A program made the position numbers and the translations under genes. Shown here piece by piece: positions 23,860 to 32,465 of a stretch of DNA of 56,610 bases. Source of the DNA: a bacterium (GTDB taxonomy: Bacteria > Patescibacteriota > Minisyncoccia > UBA9983); the NCBI GenBank assembly GCA_013152035.1, contig JAADHB010000026.1, positions 1 to 56,610 on the forward strand, in the 5' to 3' direction. The notes below the pieces were generated by a model. It ran no database searches and was not told where the DNA came from. It saw nothing but the letters and a program-made list of their open reading frames with translations. Every line of letters begins with the position of its first letter. Position 1 is the stretch's first letter.

Positions 23860-24591
23860 ATGGAACCTAAGACCATTATCATGGAAATACGCGCCGGGGC
23901 GGGAGGCCGGGAAGCCTCCCTTTTCGCCATGGACCTCTTTGAAATGTACACGAAATACGCCGCGAAACAGGGATGGAAAACCAGTCTCGTGGACGAATCA
24001 AAAAGCGAAGGGGGCGGATACAAGGAAGTTGTTTTTGAGATTTCAGGAGAGGGCGCTTACAAAAAACTCAAGAATGAAAGCGGGGTGCACAGGGTGCAGA
24101 GAATTCCGGTGACGGAAAAGTCCGGCAGGGTTCACACCTCAACCGCTTCCGTCGCCGTGCTCGCCGAAGAACCGGAGAGAAAAATAGAAATCAGGCCCGA
24201 CGATCTTGAAATAACCTTTTCACGCTCCGGCGGGGCGGGAGGGCAAAATGTCAATAAAGTTGAAACGGCGGTGCGAATATTGCACAAACCGACCGGAGTC
24301 GTGGTGCGATCGGAGCAGCAGCGATCCCAGCAGAAAAACCGCGAAAAAGCGATGGGTATTTTGAAGGCGAAAATAGGACAAATGGCGGCGGAGCAAAGAA
24401 GCGGCGCCGTGGCGCAGGAAAGAAGGGAGCAGATCGGAACCCAAGACAGGTCCGAGAAAATCAGAACTTACAACTTTCCGCAAAACAGAATCACCGACCA
24501 CAGAATCAAAAAATCTTGGCACAACATTGAAAAAATAATGGCGGGCGACTTGGAGCCGGTCATTAAGAAAGTTTCTCAAATTCAAAACTGA
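23860..24591 (+). CDS. prfA: Peptide chain release factor 1 lacking the N-terminal domain 1
   Basis: 243 aa. It starts at the position equivalent to about residue 106 of E. coli RF1 ([17 protein letters not shown]). PxT codon-recognition motif ([14 protein letters not shown]) and GGQ ([10 protein letters not shown]) are present. An in-frame TGA lies 5 codons upstream of the ATG. Confidence 0.85.
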   Translation: MEPKTIIMEIRAGAGGREASLFAMDLFEMYTKYAAKQGWKTSLVDESKSEGGGYKEVVFEISGEGAYKKLKNESGVHRVQRIPVTEKSGRVHTSTASVAVLAEEPERKIEIRPDDLEITFSRSGGAGGQNVNKVETAVRILHKPTGVVVRSEQQRSQQKNREKAMGILKAKIGQMAAEQRSGAVAQERREQIGTQDRSEKIRTYNFPQNRITDHRIKKSWHNIEKIMAGDLEPVIKKVSQIQN

Positions 24592-24619
24592 TGTTTCGCG
24601 AAACATCAGTTTTGAATTT
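24578..24619. terminator. Perfect 42-bp palindrome (bidirectional terminator) containing the prfA stop codon
   Basis: aaattcaaaactgatgtttcg|cgaaacatcagttttgaattt, flanked by A/T runs, between convergent genes. Confidence 0.65.
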
Positions 24620-24637
24620 TTAAAGATATCAATATTT

Positions 24638-24665
24638 AGAAATTAGAAATTGGAAATTAGAAATT
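24638..24665. repeat. Four tandem heptamers (A/G)GAAATT
   Basis: agaaatt agaaatt ggaaatt agaaatt. Confidence 0.85.
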
Positions 24666-24671
24666 GCCGAT

Positions 24672-26090
24672 TTATCGGTTCAAAGTATCTATATCCCTCT
24701 GATATTTTCTGGCGCGCTCAACAACCGGCTCGCCGTATGACATGGTAAAAGTACGCCAACTTCCTCCGGCATAATACTTCGCCGCGGCGCATCTCTCTTG
24801 AAGAAGTTGCTTTGGGGCAAGATAATTGTATTTTTTCGCGTAGGCGCGGCAAGCTCTTGAGCCATAAGCGTCTCTTAAATACGAAGCTGTTCCGGCAAAA
24901 GCGTCATAATTGTTGAACGGCGAAGGCGGGTTGTTTCCCGTTATTTTTGCAACGCGTTTTTTATAGCCGGTCTGCGTTTTAATGTCCCACCAGGTCGTCG
25001 GCATAAACTGCGCCGGGCCCATCGCCCCCCCGTAAGCTCCGTCGGACACAATCGGGCAGGAAACCGGAGTGGTGTTCGGGTCGCGTCCAAGCTCCCTCAT
25101 AATCGCCAAAAAGGAGGGCTTTTGCCTGTTGCTCATCACCGTTCCGCTTCTGTTTCGGCGGGGCTGGTTGTAAAAACACCTCCCTTGGTTGCGGCCGATA
25201 ACGCCGTCAATCGCCGATTCCTGCGCCAGAATGGCGAGAATAAAAGCCGCGCGCATTCCGCTCGCCTTTCCGGCGAATTGGGCGATCTTCACCGCCTCGC
25301 CGAAAGACAACTCCCCTCCCCCGAAGAGGCGGAAAATCCTGCTCCTTATCTCCGCCGCCGTTTTCTTTGTTTTGGCCAACAGCTTCTGGTAGGCGGCCTC
25401 CTGCCCTTTTGTAATCCTCAAAATCCTTTTCTTTTCCGCCGCCATTTTCTCAAGATTCCTTTTTTCAAGTGTTTGTATCGCCCTCAACTGCAGCTCCTCC
25501 GCTTTTTGGTTTTCCAATTCATCCCTTTCTTTCTCTGTTTTTTCTCTGGAATTTTCAATCTGCCTGAAAGAATTCTGCATCGCGAGATGAATTGACTCAA
25601 AAGAATCTTCGTTAACGAAAAAATCGGACAGGTTTTCATATCCGAGCATAAGCTCCACCAGGGAGGTGGAATCAAGTTCGTTTGTTTTTCTTATCAGTTC
25701 TTCCAGCGATCTTTTTTCTCTCCCTATTTTCTTCAGAAGCCCCCCTATCGTCCGCGAGCGGCTTTCAATTCCGCGCGACAATCTTTGTATGCTTAAGTTT
25801 CGGGCGCGGATTCCGAGCTGGACTTTCTTTCTTTTCGCGTCAAGAATGGCGAGATCCCTTTCCAAACTTGACGACTTCATCACATAGCCGCTGATCACGC
25901 CGGACAGTTCGTCCATCTGTTTCTCGATTTCCTTTAATTCGTTTTCGCACTCCACCTGCGAACCGCATTCCGTTTGGGCGCGCGCGGCCCTGAACAAAAA
26001 ACCGCCCCCCGCCAGGAGGAGGATTGAAAACAGTGCGATAAAAATTCGCGAGTAATGCCCCGATTTTTTAATGTTTAAAAATTCAGACAT
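24672..26090 (-). CDS. Membrane-anchored peptidoglycan lytic transglycosylase (MltB/SLT_2-like) with an N-terminal coiled coil
   Basis: 472 aa. TM helix, long coiled coil, ILAQESA catalytic Glu region, and GGAMGPAQFMPTTW. Confidence 0.75.
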   Translation of the reverse strand: MSEFLNIKKSGHYSRIFIALFSILLLAGGGFLFRAARAQTECGSQVECENELKEIEKQMDELSGVISGYVMKSSSLERDLAILDAKRKKVQLGIRARNLSIQRLSRGIESRSRTIGGLLKKIGREKRSLEELIRKTNELDSTSLVELMLGYENLSDFFVNEDSFESIHLAMQNSFRQIENSREKTEKERDELENQKAEELQLRAIQTLEKRNLEKMAAEKKRILRITKGQEAAYQKLLAKTKKTAAEIRSRIFRLFGGGELSFGEAVKIAQFAGKASGMRAAFILAILAQESAIDGVIGRNQGRCFYNQPRRNRSGTVMSNRQKPSFLAIMRELGRDPNTTPVSCPIVSDGAYGGAMGPAQFMPTTWWDIKTQTGYKKRVAKITGNNPPSPFNNYDAFAGTASYLRDAYGSRACRAYAKKYNYLAPKQLLQERCAAAKYYAGGSWRTFTMSYGEPVVERARKYQRDIDTLNR

Positions 26091-26111
26091 TGGAAAAATG
26101 GAAGCGAGAAA

Positions 26112-26756
26112 TTATTTTTTCTCTTCGCCCTCCCCTTCAACCTCTTTCTTTCCTTTTTTCTCCACTTCAATATCTTCAAGATTCGCCGGCGCGGCCTCCT
26201 CCGCCTCCTCTTCCCGCGGAGATTCAACGAGAATCACGGCTTCGTCGGGATTGCCAGTCACTTTCACCCCTTCCGGCAAATCAATGTCCTTGATGGTGAT
26301 TTTATCCTCAATGGCGGAGAGTTTTTCAATGTTAATTTTCAATTCGTGCGGCAAATCCTTCGGAAGGGCTTCCACTTCCAGCTCATGCATAACTTTGACA
26401 AGCACCCCGCCCGCCTCCTTGACCGCCGGAGCGATTCCTTCAAAAACGAGCGGCACCGAAGCCGTAATCAGTTTGTCCATCTGCACCGCGAGGAAATCAA
26501 CGTGAATCGGTTCGTTTTTTATCGGGTCAATGGCGACATCCTGAATGAGCGCGTTGACTCCCTTTTCCCCTTCCTTCAATTCAATGATTGTTGACTCGCC
26601 CGCCCCTTTCCACGCTTTGACAAAATCCTTCAAAACCACGAAGAGCGGTTTGCTTTTCACTTTCGCGCCGTACAAAACGGCGGGAAGTTTTCCTTCCTCC
26701 CTGAATGGCTTTAATTTTTTGCCGAAGATATTTCTTTGTTCCACCGTTAATTGCAT
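26112..26756 (-). CDS. rplY: 50S ribosomal protein L25/Ctc form
   Basis: 214 aa. Motifs GKLPAVLYG and HVDF. Acidic tail. Confidence 0.9.
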   Translation of the reverse strand: MQLTVEQRNIFGKKLKPFREEGKLPAVLYGAKVKSKPLFVVLKDFVKAWKGAGESTIIELKEGEKGVNALIQDVAIDPIKNEPIHVDFLAVQMDKLITASVPLVFEGIAPAVKEAGGVLVKVMHELEVEALPKDLPHELKINIEKLSAIEDKITIKDIDLPEGVKVTGNPDEAVILVESPREEEAEEAAPANLEDIEVEKKGKKEVEGEGEEKK

Positions 26757-26816
26757 TGCGTTCAGTATAGCACCATCAATCTAATTTTGCAATCCGCCAC
26801 GGCGGATTGCCGAAGG

Positions 26817-27257
26817 CTAATCATCAAGTTTAGCAATCCTTCTCTTGTGCCTTTCGTCTCCGCTGAACGGCGTTTCCAGCCAGAGTTTTATCGCCTTTTT
26901 CGCTTCTTCCTCGCCCAGAAAACGCGCGCCCAAAGAGAGGATATTGGCGTCGTTGTGCTCGCGCGCGAGTTTTACGATATCCTCGTCGTATTTATACAAA
27001 ACCGCCGCGCGGACGCCCTTGATCCTGTTCGCCGCCATCGCCTCCCCTTGTCCCGAGCCGCCCAAAACAATCGCGCGATTGTTTTCCGGATCGTCCGCCA
27101 CCGCGCGGGCGGCGGGCAAAATAAAGTCAGGGTAATCGTCTTTCTCGTCGTACGAAAAAGCGCCGAGGTCTTCCGCCTCGCAGCCCAACTCACTGAGAAA
27201 AACTTTTAATTTCTCTTTTAATTCAAAACCGGCATGATCGGAAGCTAGATATAGCAT
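26817..27257 (-). CDS. rpiB: Ribose-5-phosphate isomerase B
   Basis: Start preferred at ATG 27257 (MLYLASDHAGFELK). Also GSGQGEAMAANR. Confidence 0.88.
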   Translation of the reverse strand: MLYLASDHAGFELKEKLKVFLSELGCEAEDLGAFSYDEKDDYPDFILPAARAVADDPENNRAIVLGGSGQGEAMAANRIKGVRAAVLYKYDEDIVKLAREHNDANILSLGARFLGEEEAKKAIKLWLETPFSGDERHKRRIAKLDD

Positions 27258-27318
27258 AGATTTATTAATTTTCAATTTCTAATTTTAAATTTCTAAACAA
27301 TTTCTAATGTCTTAATTT
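27258..27318. repeat. AT-rich short-period repeat, left flank of the four-helix-bundle gene
   Basis: ...aattttcaatttctaattttaaatttctaaacaatttctaatg... It resembles the reverse complement of 27670-27718. Confidence 0.6.
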
Positions 27319-27669
27319 TCAATTGCCTTTTCTTAAGGTTGTTGAAATCTTGTTAAAAATAAGCGTCAATTCCTGCGCCTCTTTCCATAATTTCTTCAAA
27401 CTTTTGTTTTCTTCGGGATTAGATCTTGCTAATAATTCAATCCAGTATTTAGTTTCTTGTATTTCCTTTCTGCAAATAAATATTTTATTTCTGAAATCTT
27501 TCTTGGAGCTTGCGCCATTGGCTTCACAGTAATTCGCGCCAACGCTGGTGGAAGATCTCATCAATTGAAAAATTATGTTTTTATTTATTTCGTCTTTTTT
27601 AATCTCCTTTAATAAATCTATTATGTTTTTGCTGAAATTTTTAGTTCTTTCTTCGAGGTCGTAATTCAT
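27319..27669 (-). CDS. Four-helix-bundle protein (23S rRNA intervening-sequence protein family)
   Basis: 116 aa. Motif SVGANYCEANGASSKKDFRNKIFICRKEIQETKYW, typical of this family. Confidence 0.8.
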   Translation of the reverse strand: MNYDLEERTKNFSKNIIDLLKEIKKDEINKNIIFQLMRSSTSVGANYCEANGASSKKDFRNKIFICRKEIQETKYWIELLARSNPEENKSLKKLWKEAQELTLIFNKISTTLRKGN

Positions 27670-27718
27670 TTTAAAATTGAAAATTGTTTGAAAATTAGAA
27701 ACTGAAAATTGAAAATTC
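27670..27718. repeat. AT-rich short-period repeat, right flank (inverted relative to the left flank)
   Basis: Reverse complement reads ggaattttcaattttcagtttctaattttcaaacaattttcaattttaaa. It shares aattttcaattt, tttctaatttt and aaacaattt with the left flank. Confidence 0.6.
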
Positions 27719-28711
27719 CTAGAGGTAATTCCTTAACGCTTCAATGTGCTTGAGGAGCATCGCGCAATATCCCCATTCGTTGTCATACCACGAGAAGATT
27801 TTCACGAGGTCGCCATCAATCACCTTGATAAAATTCAGGTCCACCACGGAGCCGTACGGCTCGCCGAGTATGTCCGAGGAAACGAGCGGTTCTTCATTCA
27901 CTTTCATAATTCCCCGCCATTCCGGTTTTTCCGCCGCCTCTTTGAAAATGTTTTTTATTTCATCAACGGTGGTCGGCCGTTCCGCCAAAAAAGTGAAGTC
28001 AATGATTGATCCCGACGGCACCGGAACGCGCATCGCCACCCCGTCAAACCTGTCTTTCATCTCGGGTATCGTTTTCGCCGTCGCGATTGCCGCCCCCGTG
28101 GTGGAGGGAACGATATTCACGGCACCCGCCCTGCCCCTTCGCCAATCCTTCGCGTCCGGCTTGTCCACTATCCCCTGCGAAGCGGTGTAGCCATGCACTG
28201 TGTTGAGAATCGCTTTTTTAATTCCGGGATTTTTCATCATAATTGAAACGACCGGCGCCACGGCGTTGGTCGTGCAGGAGGCGTTTGAGGTGATTTTTGA
28301 TTTCGCGGCGGCGTCAACGCCCACATTTGGGGTGAAAATTTCCGCTTTCTGCTCGCTTCCTTCGGCGTCCTTGGCGGGCGCGGATATCACGACGCGTTTC
28401 GCTCCGGCGTCCAAATGCGCCTTCGCTTTTTCGTACGAAGTGAAAAAACCGGTTGACTCAACGACAATGTCAACATCCATATCACCCCACGGCAAATCCG
28501 CTGGATCTCTTTCCCGGGAAAATTTAATCTTGCCGATTTCTTCATCGGAGATGTCAAATCCATGGTAAACGCTGTCGTGGCGCAATAAATGAATCAGATT
28601 GTCTTTATCCGCCAAGTCATTAATAGCCACCACCTCAATGTCCGGATGATTGTACGCCTGCCTGAAAAAAATTCTCCCTATGCGGCCGAAGCCGTTAATC
28701 GCTATACGCAT
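27719..28711 (-). CDS. gap: Glyceraldehyde-3-phosphate dehydrogenase
   Basis: Start set at ATG 28711 (MRIAINGFGRIGR). Also the SNASCTTN active site. Confidence 0.93.
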   Translation of the reverse strand: MRIAINGFGRIGRIFFRQAYNHPDIEVVAINDLADKDNLIHLLRHDSVYHGFDISDEEIGKIKFSRERDPADLPWGDMDVDIVVESTGFFTSYEKAKAHLDAGAKRVVISAPAKDAEGSEQKAEIFTPNVGVDAAAKSKITSNASCTTNAVAPVVSIMMKNPGIKKAILNTVHGYTASQGIVDKPDAKDWRRGRAGAVNIVPSTTGAAIATAKTIPEMKDRFDGVAMRVPVPSGSIIDFTFLAERPTTVDEIKNIFKEAAEKPEWRGIMKVNEEPLVSSDILGEPYGSVVDLNFIKVIDGDLVKIFSWYDNEWGYCAMLLKHIEALRNYL

Positions 28712-28779
28712 ATTTGAATTATACACTCCTTTCAAAAAATTAAAAGTGGATAACCCCTCCTTTAATTTCAAACACCCTG

Positions 28780-28824
28780 AAAAACATTTGTAGTCAATTC
28801 CACCGTGTGTTCAAATTGACTACA
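28780..28824 (-). terminator. Terminator of the giant surface-protein gene, bracketed by inverted GTGGATAAC boxes
   Basis: tgtagtcaatt-14 nt-aattgactaca, followed on the minus strand by AAUGUUUUU. GTGGATAAC at 28746-28754 (+) and 28837-28829 (-). Confidence 0.55.
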
Positions 28825-28868
28825 CAAAGTTATCCACCAAGGGTCATGGTGAGTCCTTGTTGAGTAGG

Positions 28869-31800
28869 TCAGTTCTGCTCGCTTGAGGTTACGGTTACCG
28901 TAACGGGAATTGATACCGCTGATTCGTTCTTGGCGGCGTCAACGGCGGAAATGGTGTAAGTGTAAACGGTTGAAGTGGCGAGGTTTGTGTCGGAATATGA
29001 GGTCGTGGCGGTTGTGGCGAGAAGTTTTTCGTCTTTGTATATTCTGTAACCGGACACTCCTATGTTATCCCTGGAGGCGACCCAATTTAAGTTTATTCGC
29101 AATGGCGATGTCGTCGCGATTGCGGTCAAATTCTCAGGAACTGAGGGCGGAATGGTGTCGACCGTATCCGGCGTCGATGCCGCGGCTGAACCGGAATCTC
29201 TGCTAATCCCCGCGTTATCCAAGAGTGTTTTTAGTTCATCCCTGTTAACACAAACATCGTCAATGCATAATTCTTTCTTCACTTCAACCGTATCCACCAC
29301 CAATTTTTTAAGCCGCATGACTCCGTCGGACATGGCGATTCCGAAATTCTTGAATTGATCCAGGAACCAGTCCACTCCTTCGGCAATCGCGTTCGTTCCG
29401 CCGTTGACTGACCCAAGGTTCACGAACACCAGTATCTTCCCTTGTCCGGAACCGTTGAACGGTTCCAGCGCCTTGCCGATTACGGATTCCCCCGCCTCGG
29501 CTTTTTTGCCGACTCCCGAAACACTTGAAAGTGATATCGCGTCCCCCACCTTTATTTCTCCGCCCTCGTCGTTGACTTTTACCGGAACACGACCGGAGAG
29601 AGCCACGGGATATTGGTCCGGCTGAGGATAGTCGTTTTCCATTCCCAAAATAATACCCGGCTTTGTTGAGATGGCGCCGATAATCGCTTCTTTGTTTGAT
29701 TGGGACGCCAAAGTTATTGAACTTCCTCCCGCCGCCGCGATTATGTCACCCGGTTCAAGCGCCTCCGATGAATAATAGATTTCCGCGAGGTCGGTGCTGC
29801 CCGTAGTGTAATCAACGGCGCTCACCCTTCCGGTTGTTGACGCCGTACAACTTCCGTCATTGTCAACGCAAAGTCCTCCATACCCTATCTGGATGCCCGC
29901 CTGCTGAGCCGTTGAGGAAACTCCGATTGTCGTGGTGGCGGTGATCACCGCCTGCCCGGCAACGGATAACTTTGCGTACGGCGAAGTGGAAGCGATGCCG
30001 ACATTACCCGAGGGATCAACCGTAAATAATCCCGCCGCGCTGCTGTCTTGAATCTGAAAAAGATTAGCGGTTTGGCTCGGGTACCCTTGGATAGTTAAAG
30101 GTATGGCGTTTGTGGAAGTGGCCTCTACGCTCAATACCGTATTGGTGAATTGAGTCGTAGTCGCCACGGTCATGGCGCCGGTGGAGAGGATTCTCATTTT
30201 AGAGACGCTGTTGTTTTGCAGATCAAGGAAATTGCCGGTGAAAGAGCCGGAGCCATTGGCGAAATTCATTTTGAGGCCGGTGCCGGTGAAGGCGGAAGTG
30301 TCTTGGGTAAGGTAGGTAAGATTGGAGGAAGTTATTGTGTCTGAAAACAATTTTAAAGAATTACCGGCGGTTGTGCCATTCATATCCCCATACAAAGCGA
30401 CTCCTCCATTTCCGGAGGCGTAAGAATAAACGCCGTAGCCGCTGGAACTGCCGCTCGTTCCGTAAACTCCAATTCCACCGGTACTGCTGCCATAACCATA
30501 AACTCCATACTGGCTTCCTTGCGCATAAGCTCCATAATTAGTATCCGCGCCACTTGCGTAAAAATATCCTCCATAGGCGCGAGAAATTCCCTGTGAAGCT
30601 CCTGCCGCCTTGGCATACATGCCGTAAGTATTGAAAGTTCCGCCGGTGGCGCCGGTTCTGCTCACATTAACATATTGCCCGTAAGTGTTGTCGGTGCCGG
30701 TGGTTACCGCCCCGGTGTCGGAAAAATTAAGATACGAAGCGTATTCGTTCCCCGCGGTCGTATTGGTTGAAGAACGGACGATACCCAAGTTAGCCATTGG
30801 GGTTGTTGAACCGATGCCAACAAAACCGTTGTCCAAAACACTAAACAGCGTAGTGCTCGCGTTGTCCGCCACATTAAACGCCGTCGCTCCGCTCGTTCCA
30901 CTCCCCCAAACTGAGAGTTTGGCGTATGGGGTGGAGGTGCCGATGCCGACATTGTCGGAAGAAGTCGTCAGGCCAACGGTCGTTCCACTGTCAGTCCAGC
31001 CGCCGGCGGCGCTCAGAGAAACGGTTGACCAGGAAAGGGTTCCGGAACCGTCCGTGGAAAGAACTTGTCCGGAGCTTCCGTCGGCTGACGGCCACGCATA
31101 TGTGACTCCGTTCAAAATCGTGCTTCCGGAAACCGTAAGGTTTCCGGAGAAGCTGGCTGAAGTTCCGGTAAGCGCACCCGTAAGCGTTCCGCCGGAGAGA
31201 GGAAGGTAGGAGAGATTAAGTCCGCTTACCGTCCCCGTAAATGTGGTGTTGTTCAATGTGGCTCCCGACAAACTGTCTATTTTTTGAGTGAGCGCGATCG
31301 CCCGGAAATTCGCGGAATTCCCGGAAGCGGCGAAATTTTTCGCCTCTATAATCTGCGCCGTCAGTTTGTTTTTTAGTTTTTGAAGCTCAGCCCTAATTTC
31401 TTCACTGCTCATTCCGCTTACGATTTTCTCAATGGTTTTTTCAACTACGGTTTTTTGAACAACCGGACCTTCTATGACTAAGCCGGCTTTTTTTATTTTT
31501 TCCAGTTCGCCTCTCAAATCGGATAGTTCGCCTTGAAGAAGTTTTGATTGTTTTTGGTTTTCATTTCCGGAAACTTTAGCGCTCTCGCTTTGGAACGCTT
31601 CCACTGAAGCCGCTTTTCCATTGTTATTATTATTGTTGTTTGGTTTTTTCGCCGTTTCACTTTTTCGCGCGGTGTCGTCTTTCTTGCCGCCCGACGGCAG
31701 TATGCTTTTCACACCCCCTGAGATTATTTTGAAAAAACCGGAAACGGCATCCGAAACGGAAGCGGAAAGCCCGCTCGTCACATTCGCCGCGGCGCCGCCC

Positions 31801-32381
31801 GCAACGCCGACACCTGCCACATACGCGTTGCCGACACCGTTTATGGTGTTTATGTACAAATCAAAAGCGCCCGAAGCGGCATACCCCGCGTTCGCGGCTT
31901 CGTCAAGCGCGAAATTTTTTACGCTGTCGGCTTTTTTTGAAATCAGGGTAATGCTTTCAAATTTCGGGAGTTTCGGCATCGCGGAGAGTTCCGGGAAACG
32001 AACGAAAGCAAGTGTTCCGGAAACATCCGAAAATAAATCACCGGCGGTGGCGATCGCCGAATCCACCGACTTTACAACTTCCCCCATTCCGTTTTCCGCG
32101 ATTTTTTTGAGAGGAGCCCCGTAGGCGAATATTGCCGCGATCAGCATTGCGGCAACCACGGAGGAAGCGGCGGGGAGAAGAAAATTTTTGGCTGGGAGCG
32201 GCAAGAAAGTTTTAATTTTTTTCGCGCCAAAAAACTCCCCCGATTTTTTGTTTTCTTGCTCGGGCGGCTTTTCAAATTTACGAACGGGAACATCGCCCTT
32301 CGCGGATAAATCTTCAGAAAATCCGCCTAAGAGTTCTTCGTCCCAAGAGTCTTTTTTAAGGTTGTCTTTAAGAACAGCCAT
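28869..32381 (-). CDS. Giant N-terminally membrane-anchored fibre protein (coiled coil, tail-fibre-like G/S/T/Y-rich repeats, IMC-like domain, C-terminal Fn3)
   Basis: 1170 aa. TM helix around aa 75-97, an N7 run, and a coiled coil around aa 270-350. Repeated motif (V/I)GI(G/A)(S/T)(S/T)(T/S)PYAKLSV. Also TDLAEIYYSSEALEPGDII...IIGAISTKPGIILG, and an Fn3 with VYTYTISAVD. Confidence 0.8.
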   Translation of the reverse strand: MAVLKDNLKKDSWDEELLGGFSEDLSAKGDVPVRKFEKPPEQENKKSGEFFGAKKIKTFLPLPAKNFLLPAASSVVAAMLIAAIFAYGAPLKKIAENGMGEVVKSVDSAIATAGDLFSDVSGTLAFVRFPELSAMPKLPKFESITLISKKADSVKNFALDEAANAGYAASGAFDLYINTINGVGNAYVAGVGVAGGAAANVTSGLSASVSDAVSGFFKIISGGVKSILPSGGKKDDTARKSETAKKPNNNNNNNGKAASVEAFQSESAKVSGNENQKQSKLLQGELSDLRGELEKIKKAGLVIEGPVVQKTVVEKTIEKIVSGMSSEEIRAELQKLKNKLTAQIIEAKNFAASGNSANFRAIALTQKIDSLSGATLNNTTFTGTVSGLNLSYLPLSGGTLTGALTGTSASFSGNLTVSGSTILNGVTYAWPSADGSSGQVLSTDGSGTLSWSTVSLSAAGGWTDSGTTVGLTTSSDNVGIGTSTPYAKLSVWGSGTSGATAFNVADNASTTLFSVLDNGFVGIGSTTPMANLGIVRSSTNTTAGNEYASYLNFSDTGAVTTGTDNTYGQYVNVSRTGATGGTFNTYGMYAKAAGASQGISRAYGGYFYASGADTNYGAYAQGSQYGVYGYGSSTGGIGVYGTSGSSSGYGVYSYASGNGGVALYGDMNGTTAGNSLKLFSDTITSSNLTYLTQDTSAFTGTGLKMNFANGSGSFTGNFLDLQNNSVSKMRILSTGAMTVATTTQFTNTVLSVEATSTNAIPLTIQGYPSQTANLFQIQDSSAAGLFTVDPSGNVGIASTSPYAKLSVAGQAVITATTTIGVSSTAQQAGIQIGYGGLCVDNDGSCTASTTGRVSAVDYTTGSTDLAEIYYSSEALEPGDIIAAAGGSSITLASQSNKEAIIGAISTKPGIILGMENDYPQPDQYPVALSGRVPVKVNDEGGEIKVGDAISLSSVSGVGKKAEAGESVIGKALEPFNGSGQGKILVFVNLGSVNGGTNAIAEGVDWFLDQFKNFGIAMSDGVMRLKKLVVDTVEVKKELCIDDVCVNRDELKTLLDNAGISRDSGSAAASTPDTVDTIPPSVPENLTAIATTSPLRINLNWVASRDNIGVSGYRIYKDEKLLATTATTSYSDTNLATSTVYTYTISAVDAAKNESAVSIPVTVTVTSSEQN

Positions 32382-32465
32382 TGGAGTTATTATACCAAAA
32401 AAGAATTTTTATTACAGCCGATTTTCACCGGAAGTGTGGATAAACCGATGCCTTCGGTAATTTCA

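Noticed and set aside
23845-24591. Alternative genetic code (UGA reassigned, as in some CPR lineages) as an explanation for the short RF1
   Set aside because: UGA is clearly used as a stop (prfA itself, the four-helix-bundle gene and the giant fibre gene all end in TGA). All conserved genes are also intact under the standard code. Reading through the TGA at 23845 would add only a few codons before hitting rpmE's end in another frame.
24620-24671. Possible CRISPR or other spacer-repeat array in the AT-rich repeats here and at 27258-27318, 27670-27718 and 7068-7081
   Set aside because: The repeat period is only 7-8 nt with no unique spacers, each tract is under 65 bp, and there are no cas genes. 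This is low-complexity tandem repeat DNA, not a CRISPR array.
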